Part shown: piece after piece, positions 1-8,444 of the stretch
Layout: each line of letters begins with the position of its first letter
Numbering within the stretch: the stretch's first letter is position 1
Origin: an uncultured Roseburia sp.
Lineage (GTDB): Bacteria > Bacillota > Clostridia > Lachnospirales > Lachnospiraceae
Direction of reading: 5' to 3'
NCBI GenBank assembly: GCA_964437435.1
Contig: CAYTGS010000001.1
Coordinates: 1-38,459 of the forward strand
Length of the DNA: 38,459 nucleotides
Notes under the pieces: model-generated
What the model was told of the DNA's origin: nothing
The model's database searches: none
What the model saw: only the letters and a program-made list of their open reading frames with translations
Made by a program: the position numbers and the translations under genes

Positions 1-1036
1 CATATGAATTAGGCGGCAGCTTCGGCATATATATTACTGCCGGCTTTTCGTTTTGGATAAACATGTTCAACTGCATGTTTATGTATGAGTGGATTGTTGC
101 ATCCATTTTATTTTTCCGGTTTTGATATTTCTTCCTACCTATGGGGTTTGTGTCAATTGTTCGCTGTTGCTTGTATTTTTCTTGTTGCCGTCTTATCCAA
201 TCCGCCTTATCGGATAGCATAATTCCATAATCGCCACCATAGCTTTGTCCGTCAGAGGTTGTAAGGAGTGTGTGAACACCAAGGCTTATTCCTATTTTGT
301 TTGTATAGTCATCATGTGTTTTTGTCTTAACATCAACCGGAACCATGATTTCAAGCCTGCTCTCATCAGGGTAAAGCATTATCTTTAGTTGGCGTTTGTA
401 TCGGTTTCTGTCAGTGAGTGGGATGTATACCCTCTGACGTTTCTGTTTTATTGAGATGTATATACCGTCATCAGCATACCTGTACGCCCGTTCTCCTATA
501 GTGAACATATCATTTTTTTCAGTGTGCAGTTTCTTTAAGTGTTTCCTTGTCTGCCGTCTTAAATACTGGTGTAGCTTATGGGCGTCTGTTTTCTTTGCCA
601 ACTGTTCGTATTCATCATTTACTTTGCTGTCTGTTTGCAGCTCCTTATGGTTTAACACACTGTCCCATACTTTGTCTGATTTCAATACCAGCCTAATGTA
701 ATGCTTGTCATTATCGCTTAGGGCTTCATGTTTTTTTACTGCTTCTAAAATATTATTCCTTGTTTTACTCCACTGGGTTTTAATATCTCCCAATGCATCA
801 AATATAGCAAGGTAGAAATATACCGACGGCATATTAAGCTGCTCCCTAAGCCCACTTTGTGTCATTTCATTTTGGACTGTATATCCTGGATATATCTTTG
901 ATAATCCGCCTATTCCGCCATAACGTTGGTACACATAATTTTTTACGGTGCCATAATCCTTGGCTATCTCTAAAAGTTTATCCATATCGGCTTTAGGGAT
1001 AGGTTTTTTGTTATACTGGCGGACTATTTTTAACAT
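1..1036 (-). CDS. TnpB/compact Cas12-like RNA-guided protein with inactivated RuvC (TldR/dCas12-like candidate); 3' end lies outside the window
   Basis: Hand translation: ATG at 1036 with GAGGT RBS upstream, 345 codons without a stop (MLKIVRQYNKKPIPKADMDKLLEIAKDYGTVKNYVYQRYGG...). RuvC-I-like KIGISLGVHTLLTTSDGQSYG (D->S251, nt 284-286), basic helical region RRQQEKYKQQR..GRKKYQNRKNKMDATIHSYINMQLN, RuvC-II-like EKPAVIYMPKL (E->P338, nt 23-25). Confidence 0.8.
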   Translation of the reverse strand, partial: MLKIVRQYNKKPIPKADMDKLLEIAKDYGTVKNYVYQRYGGIGGLSKIYPGYTVQNEMTQSGLREQLNMPSVYFYLAIFDALGDIKTQWSKTRNNILEAVKKHEALSDNDKHYIRLVLKSDKVWDSVLNHKELQTDSKVNDEYEQLAKKTDAHKLHQYLRRQTRKHLKKLHTEKNDMFTIGERAYRYADDGIYISIKQKRQRVYIPLTDRNRYKRQLKIMLYPDESRLEIMVPVDVKTKTHDDYTNKIGISLGVHTLLTTSDGQSYGGDYGIMLSDKADWIRRQQEKYKQQRTIDTNPIGRKKYQNRKNKMDATIHSYINMQLNMFIQNEKPAVIYMPKLPPNSY

Positions 1037-1067
1037 ATCTACCTCGGATTACATATTTATTGGGAAC

Positions 1068-1093
1068 ATTCCAAAAAGTGTACTTTTTGGGAC
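1068..1093. repeat. 26-bp quasi-palindromic site 1, ATTCCAAAAAGT-GT-ACTTTTTGGGAC
   Basis: Read directly; 1072-1090 is the exact reverse complement of 1238-1256 (19 bp). Confidence 0.9.
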
Positions 1094-1187
1094 GATAAAA
1101 AACACAAATAAATATTGAAAAATCCAATATGCAATATTTAAAAATTTTGACATTTTTCGTGATTTTTGAAATTATTTCATTTTATTG

Positions 1188-1216
1188 TTTCATTTTTTAA
1201 TCAAATATGTTATAGT
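1188..1216 (+). promoter_or_regulatory. Putative sigmaA extended -10 promoter inside the IR-bounded segment, pointing away from the TnpB-like gene
   Basis: TG-T-TATAGT at 1208-1216; weak -35 TTTCAT at 1188-1193 with 17-bp spacing. Confidence 0.45.
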
Positions 1217-1234
1217 AGTTATGTAATGTAATGA

Positions 1235-1260
1235 ATTCCAAAAAGTACACTTTTTGAAAC
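1235..1260. repeat. 26-bp quasi-palindromic site 2, ATTCCAAAAAGT-AC-ACTTTTTGAAAC
   Basis: Same arms as site 1, with the central dinucleotide reverse-complemented. Confidence 0.9.
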
Positions 1261-1265
1261 AAAAT

Positions 1266-1310
1266 AACACCATAAAAGGTTGAAATAACGCTTCATACCT
1301 TTATGGTGTT
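1266..1310. terminator. Long hairpin, probable intrinsic (possibly bidirectional) terminator downstream of cotS
   Basis: AACACCATAAAAGGT...ACCTTTATGGTGTT stem, T-rich flanks on both strands, 17 bp after the cotS stop. Confidence 0.7.
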
Positions 1311-1327
1311 TTGTTAGTGTAAATCCT

Positions 1328-2329
1328 CTAAAACAACTGTCTTATAAGTCTCTCCTTGTTCTTCTCCTGACGAATTAAATTATCAAGCTTTTCGTTGTTC
1401 CTGTCCGGCATCCATGATTTCCTTGAATTAAAATAGAAATTGATAATCTTCCAAAATTTCTCCGGATATTCAAGCCTTAGCTTAAGGCTCCTCAATTCAA
1501 TCGGCGGGAATGTGCGCTTGCTCTGATATGCGTCAATCATACTTTCCGCCATATTTAATGACCAGTCATATTTTTGTGATATCTTTCTGAAAAAAAGATA
1601 AAAATCCCTCACTCCGGCATCATGTGACAAATGCTCCATATTTATAATTCCTGTATACGAGCCTGTTTCATCCTTACCGAAAATAACATTATGGTACTGG
1701 AAATCACCATGGCAATAAAGGCTGTTACTTCTAACATATGCCTCATATTCCGCTTTTGATTCCTCTTTTGCCCTTTTGGTCACGTCCATTGCTTTTTCCA
1801 GAAAATAGTCATATTCCCTTAACAGCGCTCTTTCAAAATCTGTTTTCTGAGGACGTTTTTTTAGATAATTTTTTACATGTCTGCACTCAGTTGTGTGCTT
1901 CTCCATTTCATCTGCATAAAAGAAAACCGGCATTTCATATTCTTGCAATGCCTCATCATCATAGGCTATTGGCGACATAAATTTCAGATGAACCCTTGCC
2001 ATCGCACTGCACGCCTTTAATATGTCATCATGACTTTTATAGCTGCATTCCTTTCCATCAAGCTGTCTTGTAAGTATGTATGAGACGTTATCCACATCCT
2101 TTACGTACAGCTCATCCTCATTTGTTCTAACGATAGTATCAGTTCTTATGTTATCCGACAGTCTGCTTTGCAGTCTGTCCAATAACTGTAGCTTTTCGCT
2201 CCTCCCCTTATATTCCTTCAGAACATACATACCCTTATCCGTATCGCATATCAAGGTTCCACGTCCCTTAGATACACGGTTTACGTTCAAATCATACTTA
2301 TCTAATAAATTTACTGCCTTATCATTCAC
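1328..2329 (-). CDS. cotS: CotS-family spore coat protein (phosphotransferase/kinase-like fold)
   Basis: N-terminal TDKGMYVLKEY, CHGDFQYHNV motif, C-terminal YPEKFWKIINFYFNS..W, typical of clostridial CotS-like proteins. Confidence 0.8.
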   Translation of the reverse strand: MNDKAVNLLDKYDLNVNRVSKGRGTLICDTDKGMYVLKEYKGRSEKLQLLDRLQSRLSDNIRTDTIVRTNEDELYVKDVDNVSYILTRQLDGKECSYKSHDDILKACSAMARVHLKFMSPIAYDDEALQEYEMPVFFYADEMEKHTTECRHVKNYLKKRPQKTDFERALLREYDYFLEKAMDVTKRAKEESKAEYEAYVRSNSLYCHGDFQYHNVIFGKDETGSYTGIINMEHLSHDAGVRDFYLFFRKISQKYDWSLNMAESMIDAYQSKRTFPPIELRSLKLRLEYPEKFWKIINFYFNSRKSWMPDRNNEKLDNLIRQEKNKERLIRQLF

Positions 2330-2377
2330 AAAAAAACCCCTTTCACATAATAGTTATTACATAACTATGTGAAAGGG
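2330..2377 (-). terminator. Hairpin plus T7 tract between cca and cotS, overlapping the cotS RBS
   Basis: CCCTTTCAC..ATAGTTAT-tac-ATAACTAT-GTGAAAGGG stem (2338-2377); on the minus strand it is followed by TTTTTTT directly before the GTG start. Confidence 0.6.
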
Positions 2378-2384
2378 ACTTGGT

Positions 2385-3725
2385 TTATTCCATCATATTA
2401 ATGGCTTTTTGTATGAGAATGTCACGGCTGTTATCCTCCGGATTTTCCAAAACATCCTCCAAAAGGGCATTTAGCATTTCTCCTATTGCCCGCCCCTTTG
2501 GGACGCCAATATCCATTAAGTCATTTCCTGTAACCTTTAACGTCCTTAAAGATACACACTGCTCCTTTAACATGATATCATTATATATTTTTTCGACATG
2601 GCTTAACCTTTCAATCTTTTCATCCCTCATATACAAACTCTGTGAGAGAATATCCGCTTTCTTTATCTCAAGCACCTGTCCAAAATAAGACTCACCTATT
2701 TTATTTATTGCACGTCTCACGGTTTTTTCGTTGGGATTAATATCAAAATCATGATACCTTATATATGCCTTGGCTTTTGTTATGGTATCATTATCGAATT
2801 TCAGACGCTTTAATATTTTGCCCGCCATCTGCTCACCCACCTCCGCATGACCATGAAAATGGTCTATGCCTTCGCCGTCAGTGGTCTTTGTGGAGGGCTT
2901 CCCTATATCATGCAACAAAGCCGCTATCCTCAGTGACTTATCATTGCGCACATTCATAAGGCAATGCATTAAATGCTCTCCCACACTATACATATGGTGT
3001 GGATTGTTCTGCGGCGTTTCAAATGCCAGGTCGAGCTCTGGCATTATTATTTTAGAAATTCCAAGCCTATATACATCCCTCATATAATCGGGATTTTCCG
3101 AGACCAAAATCTTTACAATTTCAGTCTGTATTCGCTCCGCACTTATATTTTTGATTGTGGGGGCCAGCTTTAATATTGCAGCCTTTGTAGAGTCCTCAAT
3201 CACAAAACCAAGCTGTGCCGAAAATCTTACCGCCCTAAGCATTCTAAGCGCATCCTCGCCAAACCTCTCCTGTGCCTCACCCACGCACCGTATAATCTTA
3301 TGTTCAAGGTCATCTATTCCACCAAACACATCCACTATACCGCTTCTGTCATTATATGCCATTGCATTTATTGTAAAATCACGGCGTTTTAAATCCTCCA
3401 CCAGATTAGATGTAAATATGACCTCATTCGGATGTCGGCTGTCTTTATATTCGCCATCAATCCTGTAGGTTGTCACCTCAAATCCCTCGTGGGCTATCAT
3501 TACAGTTACTGTTCCATGCTGTATTCCTGTATCTATTGTTTGACGGAATATCTCCTTAACCTGCATAGGGGTGGCAGATGTCGTCACATCCCAATCATCA
3601 GGTTTTCTTCCAAGCACCAAATCCCTGACGCAGCCTCCCACAGCATATGCCTCATACCCTGCATTCTCCAACTGGGATATTATATAATTAACCTTTTCAG
3701 GTAAGCATATTTTCATATTGTTCAC
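2385..3725 (-). CDS. cca: CCA tRNA nucleotidyltransferase with HD domain
   Basis: VGGCVRD, DDWD, EDLKRRDFTINAMA, EDALRMLRAVRF, ERI motifs; HD domain LLHDIGKP..FHGH. Confidence 0.92.
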   Translation of the reverse strand: MNNMKICLPEKVNYIISQLENAGYEAYAVGGCVRDLVLGRKPDDWDVTTSATPMQVKEIFRQTIDTGIQHGTVTVMIAHEGFEVTTYRIDGEYKDSRHPNEVIFTSNLVEDLKRRDFTINAMAYNDRSGIVDVFGGIDDLEHKIIRCVGEAQERFGEDALRMLRAVRFSAQLGFVIEDSTKAAILKLAPTIKNISAERIQTEIVKILVSENPDYMRDVYRLGISKIIMPELDLAFETPQNNPHHMYSVGEHLMHCLMNVRNDKSLRIAALLHDIGKPSTKTTDGEGIDHFHGHAEVGEQMAGKILKRLKFDNDTITKAKAYIRYHDFDINPNEKTVRRAINKIGESYFGQVLEIKKADILSQSLYMRDEKIERLSHVEKIYNDIMLKEQCVSLRTLKVTGNDLMDIGVPKGRAIGEMLNALLEDVLENPEDNSRDILIQKAINMME

Positions 3726-3795
3726 TCACTCATATTAATACCAACTTTTATTAATAAGCCTTATGTATTAACCATACTACACAATTTAAAACTCG

Positions 3796-5184
3796 TCAAC
3801 AATATGTAAAACAGCTTCTTCCAAATCTAATTTTATCACCCGGTTCAAGTGCAACGGGCTTGTTAATGTCAAGCTGTACTCCGTTTCTCACTGTTCCGTT
3901 TGTAGAATTCAAATCACATATATATACCCTTCCCTCACGCTCCTCAAATCGGGCATGCATTTTACTTACAGCCGTATCATTTATTACAAAATCCGATACG
4001 CTTGGCTGCTTCCCTACTGTCATTGGTAATTTATTCAGCGATATATTTATATCCCTGCCATTTATCCTGCCCATAAGCATACGTTCCTCAACCGTCTCAT
4101 CTCCCAAGCATACCGTTTCTGCGCATGTCTCGATTTTCTTTGGAGGCTCATATTTATAGTTGAAGTGTTCCTGTCTGTAAGAGATGACAGGTGTATCTAT
4201 TTCAATATTGGTATCTGTCTCATCTTCACCCTCATTCAGCTTGCTAATCTCCTTTTCCTGCTTTCTTTTCTTTATATAGCATATAGCAAAAAGCACAGCC
4301 GATACAAATGCCATTGCCATTGCAGCAAACAGATAAAGCTCACTGTCCCCGTCAATTTCAATTATGTTATAAACCCTTATTCCTACTATCAAAGCACCAA
4401 TTACAAGAGATAAAAATACACAAAAAACAGCTCCTACCAAATCCTTTATATGTCCTGATTTTCTTTTTTTGCTTTTAGCTTCTTCCGTATAATCGCTGTC
4501 AGCTTCACTCTCCTCATTTTCATATCTGTATATCGGTTGGCTTTCATATGTTTTTTCCATATCACACCTTATGTCTTCATCATTCAGCTCATCAGCTTTT
4601 TCATTTCTGGTAGAGATATTTCCCACAATATTTAAAATTTCACTTATTACATAATTAGGCGTCCTCGTATAACGGTAAACCTGATACCCCAGCATTACCG
4701 CCTGCTCGTCAGTGTGGTTTACCTTTGTGAGCAGCCCGTCCACAAACTCCATAAACGAAATTCTCACATCACCCTCATAATCGGGATAACATACAAAATA
4801 TGGCTCCATTTTGTCAACATTTATATATATCATCTCAGGCTGGATAATTATTTGTGTTCCGTCTAGCAGATATTCCTCCAACCTTTCAAAGATATTTACA
4901 CAGCCAATTAAAATCTTTTTCAGCTCATCATACCCTATCTCGTTTTTGTCATATAATCTGTCAAATGACTGAAGCGAGTTAATCTCATAATAATACCTGC
5001 TCTCACCGTTTACCAGCCTGTGCGTCACCGGCAAAAGTCCGGGAATATTGTTTTCTAATAACATTCTTGTCCTAAAATCATTGATTTTATCCCCGTCTTT
5101 TCCAAAAAATTCACATTTGCTTAAAATCATATAGTTATGATTCATACTTCTCTCATAACTAATGTCCGGCATCCTGTTATTCAT
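3796..5184 (-). CDS. DUF6382-like N-terminal domain, two TM helices and C-terminal FHA domain (Tad-locus associated)
   Basis: FHA motifs VGKQ..AVSKMHARF..DLNSTNGT..GDKIRFG; two hydrophobic segments; N-terminal MLLENNIPGLLP. Confidence 0.8.
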   Translation of the reverse strand: MNNRMPDISYERSMNHNYMILSKCEFFGKDGDKINDFRTRMLLENNIPGLLPVTHRLVNGESRYYYEINSLQSFDRLYDKNEIGYDELKKILIGCVNIFERLEEYLLDGTQIIIQPEMIYINVDKMEPYFVCYPDYEGDVRISFMEFVDGLLTKVNHTDEQAVMLGYQVYRYTRTPNYVISEILNIVGNISTRNEKADELNDEDIRCDMEKTYESQPIYRYENEESEADSDYTEEAKSKKRKSGHIKDLVGAVFCVFLSLVIGALIVGIRVYNIIEIDGDSELYLFAAMAMAFVSAVLFAICYIKKRKQEKEISKLNEGEDETDTNIEIDTPVISYRQEHFNYKYEPPKKIETCAETVCLGDETVEERMLMGRINGRDINISLNKLPMTVGKQPSVSDFVINDTAVSKMHARFEEREGRVYICDLNSTNGTVRNGVQLDINKPVALEPGDKIRFGRSCFTYC

Positions 5185-5197
5185 ATCCCAACCCCCT

Positions 5198-5671
5198 CTA
5201 TTGCTTCATCTTTTTGATGAATTTATTTACCACTCTACAGTCCCTTATAAATTTTGTCTGATTACACCTTGTTGCACTCCTTGTTATATCAAGGTTCATT
5301 GCGTCATCCGAAAAACCGTTTACATACTCCCTTATCCACGACCTAAATGGCATATTTACATTACATTTATAATTAACGCTCACACTGCCCGAATCCACAG
5401 ACACCCCATATGTAAAATTACCCATTGCCAACAGTTTTTCGTATATTAATTCTGCTGCCGCTTTTTTTGCCTCGGCTTGTGCCTCATTCGCACTTTTAAA
5501 ATGGTTACTAGTCCCCCTCATTGCCGCCTCATATGCACTATGCCCCATAATGCTCCTGTCGTAACTGTAAAATGCCAGGAAAATCATCATAGTTACAAAG
5601 AGGAGAACCATAGGGAAAATCAAAGCCGCCTCCAATGAAAAATATCCGTCCTCATATTTTTTCCTATCCAT
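5198..5671 (-). CDS. TadE/TadG-like pseudopilin
   Basis: G|YFSLEAALIFP prepilin cleavage motif (E+5) followed by a hydrophobic helix; tad context. Confidence 0.8.
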   Translation of the reverse strand: MDRKKYEDGYFSLEAALIFPMVLLFVTMMIFLAFYSYDRSIMGHSAYEAAMRGTSNHFKSANEAQAEAKKAAAELIYEKLLAMGNFTYGVSVDSGSVSVNYKCNVNMPFRSWIREYVNGFSDDAMNLDITRSATRCNQTKFIRDCRVVNKFIKKMKQ

Positions 5672-5695
5672 AATATCTTCACCCCATACCGCAAT

Positions 5696-6130
5696 CTAAG
5701 CAGACACTATTGACATATATGCTAAATACCCGACAAAAAGCGCAGGGACGTATGGAAGCTTTGTATTTTTATTTCCTCTTTTTAATATTAGTATCACTAC
5801 CGACACAATACACATTATTAATGAGGCAATACATACTGCAATAAGGCACCCCCTAAATCCAAGCGCTATACCTAAAGCCCCAATTACCAAACCGTCACCC
5901 CGTCCTATATGCCCATCACTAATCATTGATATACCCATTATACATAAACCGATTAAAATACCTCCAACTACCCCAAATATATCAATTCTTTCTCTTGTCA
6001 AAGCAGATATAATACATACCATAATAAGAACTAATATATATTTTCTGCTTATTTTCATGCTCCTTATATCCATAATTCCAGCGATGAACAGCATAATACC
6101 TATTATTATCATTAATATTCCATGTATCAT
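5696..6130 (-). CDS. Prepilin peptidase (A24 family), second copy
   Basis: MDIR and GRGD aspartates, C-terminal KLPYVPAL, multi-TM. Start reassigned to ATG 6130 (GGAGG RBS, ATGA overlap with the upstream stop). Confidence 0.8.
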   Translation of the reverse strand: MIHGILMIIIGIMLFIAGIMDIRSMKISRKYILVLIMVCIISALTRERIDIFGVVGGILIGLCIMGISMISDGHIGRGDGLVIGALGIALGFRGCLIAVCIASLIMCIVSVVILILKRGNKNTKLPYVPALFVGYLAYMSIVSA

Positions 6131-6978
6131 TTCAATCCTCCACATTTTGAACATGCTCCCCTTCCTCCAGCCTCAGACAATGTAACTGCATGAACCGTTC
6201 TTTTCAACTTGCTACACCCCAAAGTAGTATGATATCTGTTTCCATAATTTGTAATATACACTGTATTGGTATTGGCTTTTGAACATTCCTCACAGCCGTG
6301 ATATTTACTTCCATTCACACTTCTCTCTGTTTCCAAGCTTGACTTGCTAACCGTCGTAATTGAAAGTTTTAAATATGTACACGCACGTGACCTATGATAT
6401 ACTTGTCCAGTTTCCGTAATATATACAATATCCTCCTCTGTTGCGTTACTCCCCAATCCGGCATTATCATAGCCAGTCCATGCACGTGTTCTCAGCCTGT
6501 TATACATTCTGCACTTTCCATATCCCATAAGGCTTATCGGTGGGCTGATTGTATATTCTGCTATTAAATCTATACAGTCATCACCATTCATAACTGATGA
6601 CCTTATCCAGCTTACATTAGAGGGATAATTATCTCCCATTTTTGATTTAACCTTATTTGCCGCATACAGATATGTAATCGCTTTTGAACCGCCTATCTGA
6701 CTGTACTCATATGCATACATCGCCATTTGTTTCTCTGTATCATGTATTGCACAGTTCATATCTCCCTGTATTTTATAAATATCAATAATCGACATTATAT
6801 TTAAAAAGGCAAACAGGAAAAATGGCAGTACAAAACAAGCTTCAACCGTCATGCTCCCCTCAAGGTCAGAGGGTACTCTTTTGCATGGGAAAGACAGTAC
6901 AGAGAGCAAATCTTCTCCTTTCTTTTTTAAAATTTTATATATGTTTATTATCTCCCCCATCAAAAGAATACCCTCCAT
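6127..6978 (-). CDS. TadE-like pseudopilin with C-terminal Cys/His metal-binding module
   Basis: EG|SMTVEACFVLP motif; tandem VYIT..G..YH..C..L......CxxC repeats at the C-terminus. True start may be ~6960. Confidence 0.78.
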   Translation of the reverse strand: MEGILLMGEIINIYKILKKKGEDLLSVLSFPCKRVPSDLEGSMTVEACFVLPFFLFAFLNIMSIIDIYKIQGDMNCAIHDTEKQMAMYAYEYSQIGGSKAITYLYAANKVKSKMGDNYPSNVSWIRSSVMNGDDCIDLIAEYTISPPISLMGYGKCRMYNRLRTRAWTGYDNAGLGSNATEEDIVYITETGQVYHRSRACTYLKLSITTVSKSSLETERSVNGSKYHGCEECSKANTNTVYITNYGNRYHTTLGCSKLKRTVHAVTLSEAGGRGACSKCGGLK

Positions 6979-6981
6979 CCG

Positions 6982-8439
6982 TTACTCATAGCACTTATTT
7001 CTGCTAAATACGAAATCATGACCGTTTGAATCCTCAAAGCCAAAGCTGACATTTATATAGTCAATACATCTGTCAATCCTGAAATTTTCATTCCCTCCCG
7101 TCTTTCTGATATCCATTTCAACAATATCAAGGCTTCTTTGTACCTTTTTGGTTTTATCCATAATACCCAAAAATACCCTGAGATAATCATTATACGAAAG
7201 TCCGTTAGAGCTTTTATTCCCCCCAAATATATTCATACCAAGCAATCCCTTAAGGCTGACATTCCAATCACCATGGGATTTCATAATCGGAACTTTTCCA
7301 CCGCCAAGCAATATGTTTACGTCGCTTGCCGCCTCCGCAATCCCCCATATGCCCAATATGATATCCGTAAGCAGTTCACCAAGCTGGGGCTGTCCTATAA
7401 GCGTACATATAGCTGTTGCAACAACTTTTACTTCATTTTTCCTTATTCCATCATTGAATATTGAAGTTACATTTGAAGCCGCCCTCACTGCAAACAGTCT
7501 TTCCGCACATTTCCTTAAATTGCCAACATCGCTGTTTTCACCATATAGAATATACTCTATCTGGTATTTCAAAAGTCCCTCATCCTTTGTATCAGTATAT
7601 GTTCCGCACATTGTCATAAGATATTCGCCATAAATCAGTTCATCCGTAATACCATCCGCCCTGTCCGCACCTTCATGAAGTCCGTTTCCCTTATTTACAG
7701 CCCCACGGTTTGAAAAGTATGGTCCATTATCGGCAACCGCTCCTGAAATAGAGCCACCTGCCGGCATTACAAGTGTTAAAATCCCTTCACCTACAATTTT
7801 GTCAAACACTCCCGAAACATTTGAATATGAATATTCTGACTCGCTTTCCTCCCCGTATTCCTCTATTTCCTCGTCAGAAAATGACCTCTCAAATTCTTCC
7901 TTTTTTCGGCTTATCTCCTCAACCACGTCCTTGTCAGTCAGACCGTTCTCATTTACGGCGTCTATATGGCTTTTTACAGTTGACACTAAATCACCGCCAT
8001 ATACGGCTTTCATATAGTTTACCGCCTGCGATTTCCATACTGCGCACTCCTCGTCAGTGGCATATGATACCTTATTTATTTGCAGGTACGGATTTCTAAG
8101 CGTTAAAAGCATATTTTCACCTAGAACAATTTTGTCATTTGCAGGATTAATGTTATATCCCATATATTCAGACAGACGGGCTTCAACTTTTCCCACACCG
8201 CCGTTTGAAGTTCCATATGATGAATCCACAAAAAACAGTTCATATTGGTTTAATATCTCCCTGTTATACTCTGCAAACACGGAATCCAATCCCAAATCAG
8301 CCACAATCTCAGCCTGCGCCCTTACGGCGCCTATCGCCGCACCCTCGATAAGGACTAACAACAGCGATAGGACTATGCCAAATATAAGGGACAGATAAAC
8401 AGTCAGATAAGCATTCTCATTTCCACTAACTGCCTTCAT
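6982..8439 (-). CDS. Tad-associated large pilin-like protein (DUF5702-like)
   Basis: N-terminal A|YLTVYLSL TM; SVFAEYNREIL..YELFFVD; YQIEYILYG; LSYNDYLRVFL..LDIVEMDIR motifs typical of Lachnospiraceae tad loci. Confidence 0.7.
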   Translation of the reverse strand: MKAVSGNENAYLTVYLSLIFGIVLSLLLVLIEGAAIGAVRAQAEIVADLGLDSVFAEYNREILNQYELFFVDSSYGTSNGGVGKVEARLSEYMGYNINPANDKIVLGENMLLTLRNPYLQINKVSYATDEECAVWKSQAVNYMKAVYGGDLVSTVKSHIDAVNENGLTDKDVVEEISRKKEEFERSFSDEEIEEYGEESESEYSYSNVSGVFDKIVGEGILTLVMPAGGSISGAVADNGPYFSNRGAVNKGNGLHEGADRADGITDELIYGEYLMTMCGTYTDTKDEGLLKYQIEYILYGENSDVGNLRKCAERLFAVRAASNVTSIFNDGIRKNEVKVVATAICTLIGQPQLGELLTDIILGIWGIAEAASDVNILLGGGKVPIMKSHGDWNVSLKGLLGMNIFGGNKSSNGLSYNDYLRVFLGIMDKTKKVQRSLDIVEMDIRKTGGNENFRIDRCIDYINVSFGFEDSNGHDFVFSRNKCYE

Positions 8440-8444
8440 AATTA

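Noticed and set aside
456-701. 81-aa plus-strand ORF in the track
   Set aside because: Antisense shadow of the TnpB-like gene; no RBS or recognisable motif.
1147-1176. Perfect TTGACA -35 box on the plus strand
   Set aside because: No acceptable -10 at 16-18 bp spacing.
1068-1260. CRISPR array
   Set aside because: Only two copies, 141 bp between them, with cores in opposite orientation; no cas1/cas2. Kept only as a low-weight alternative.
1-1327. Active IS200/IS605 or IS607 element
   Set aside because: No Y1 or serine transposase upstream, and both visible RuvC catalytic residues are substituted; the right end cannot be seen.
4409-4428. Similarity of GATAAAAATACACAAA to the sequence following site 1 (possible guide target)
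   Set aside because: Needs a gap and is low-complexity A-rich; consistent with chance.
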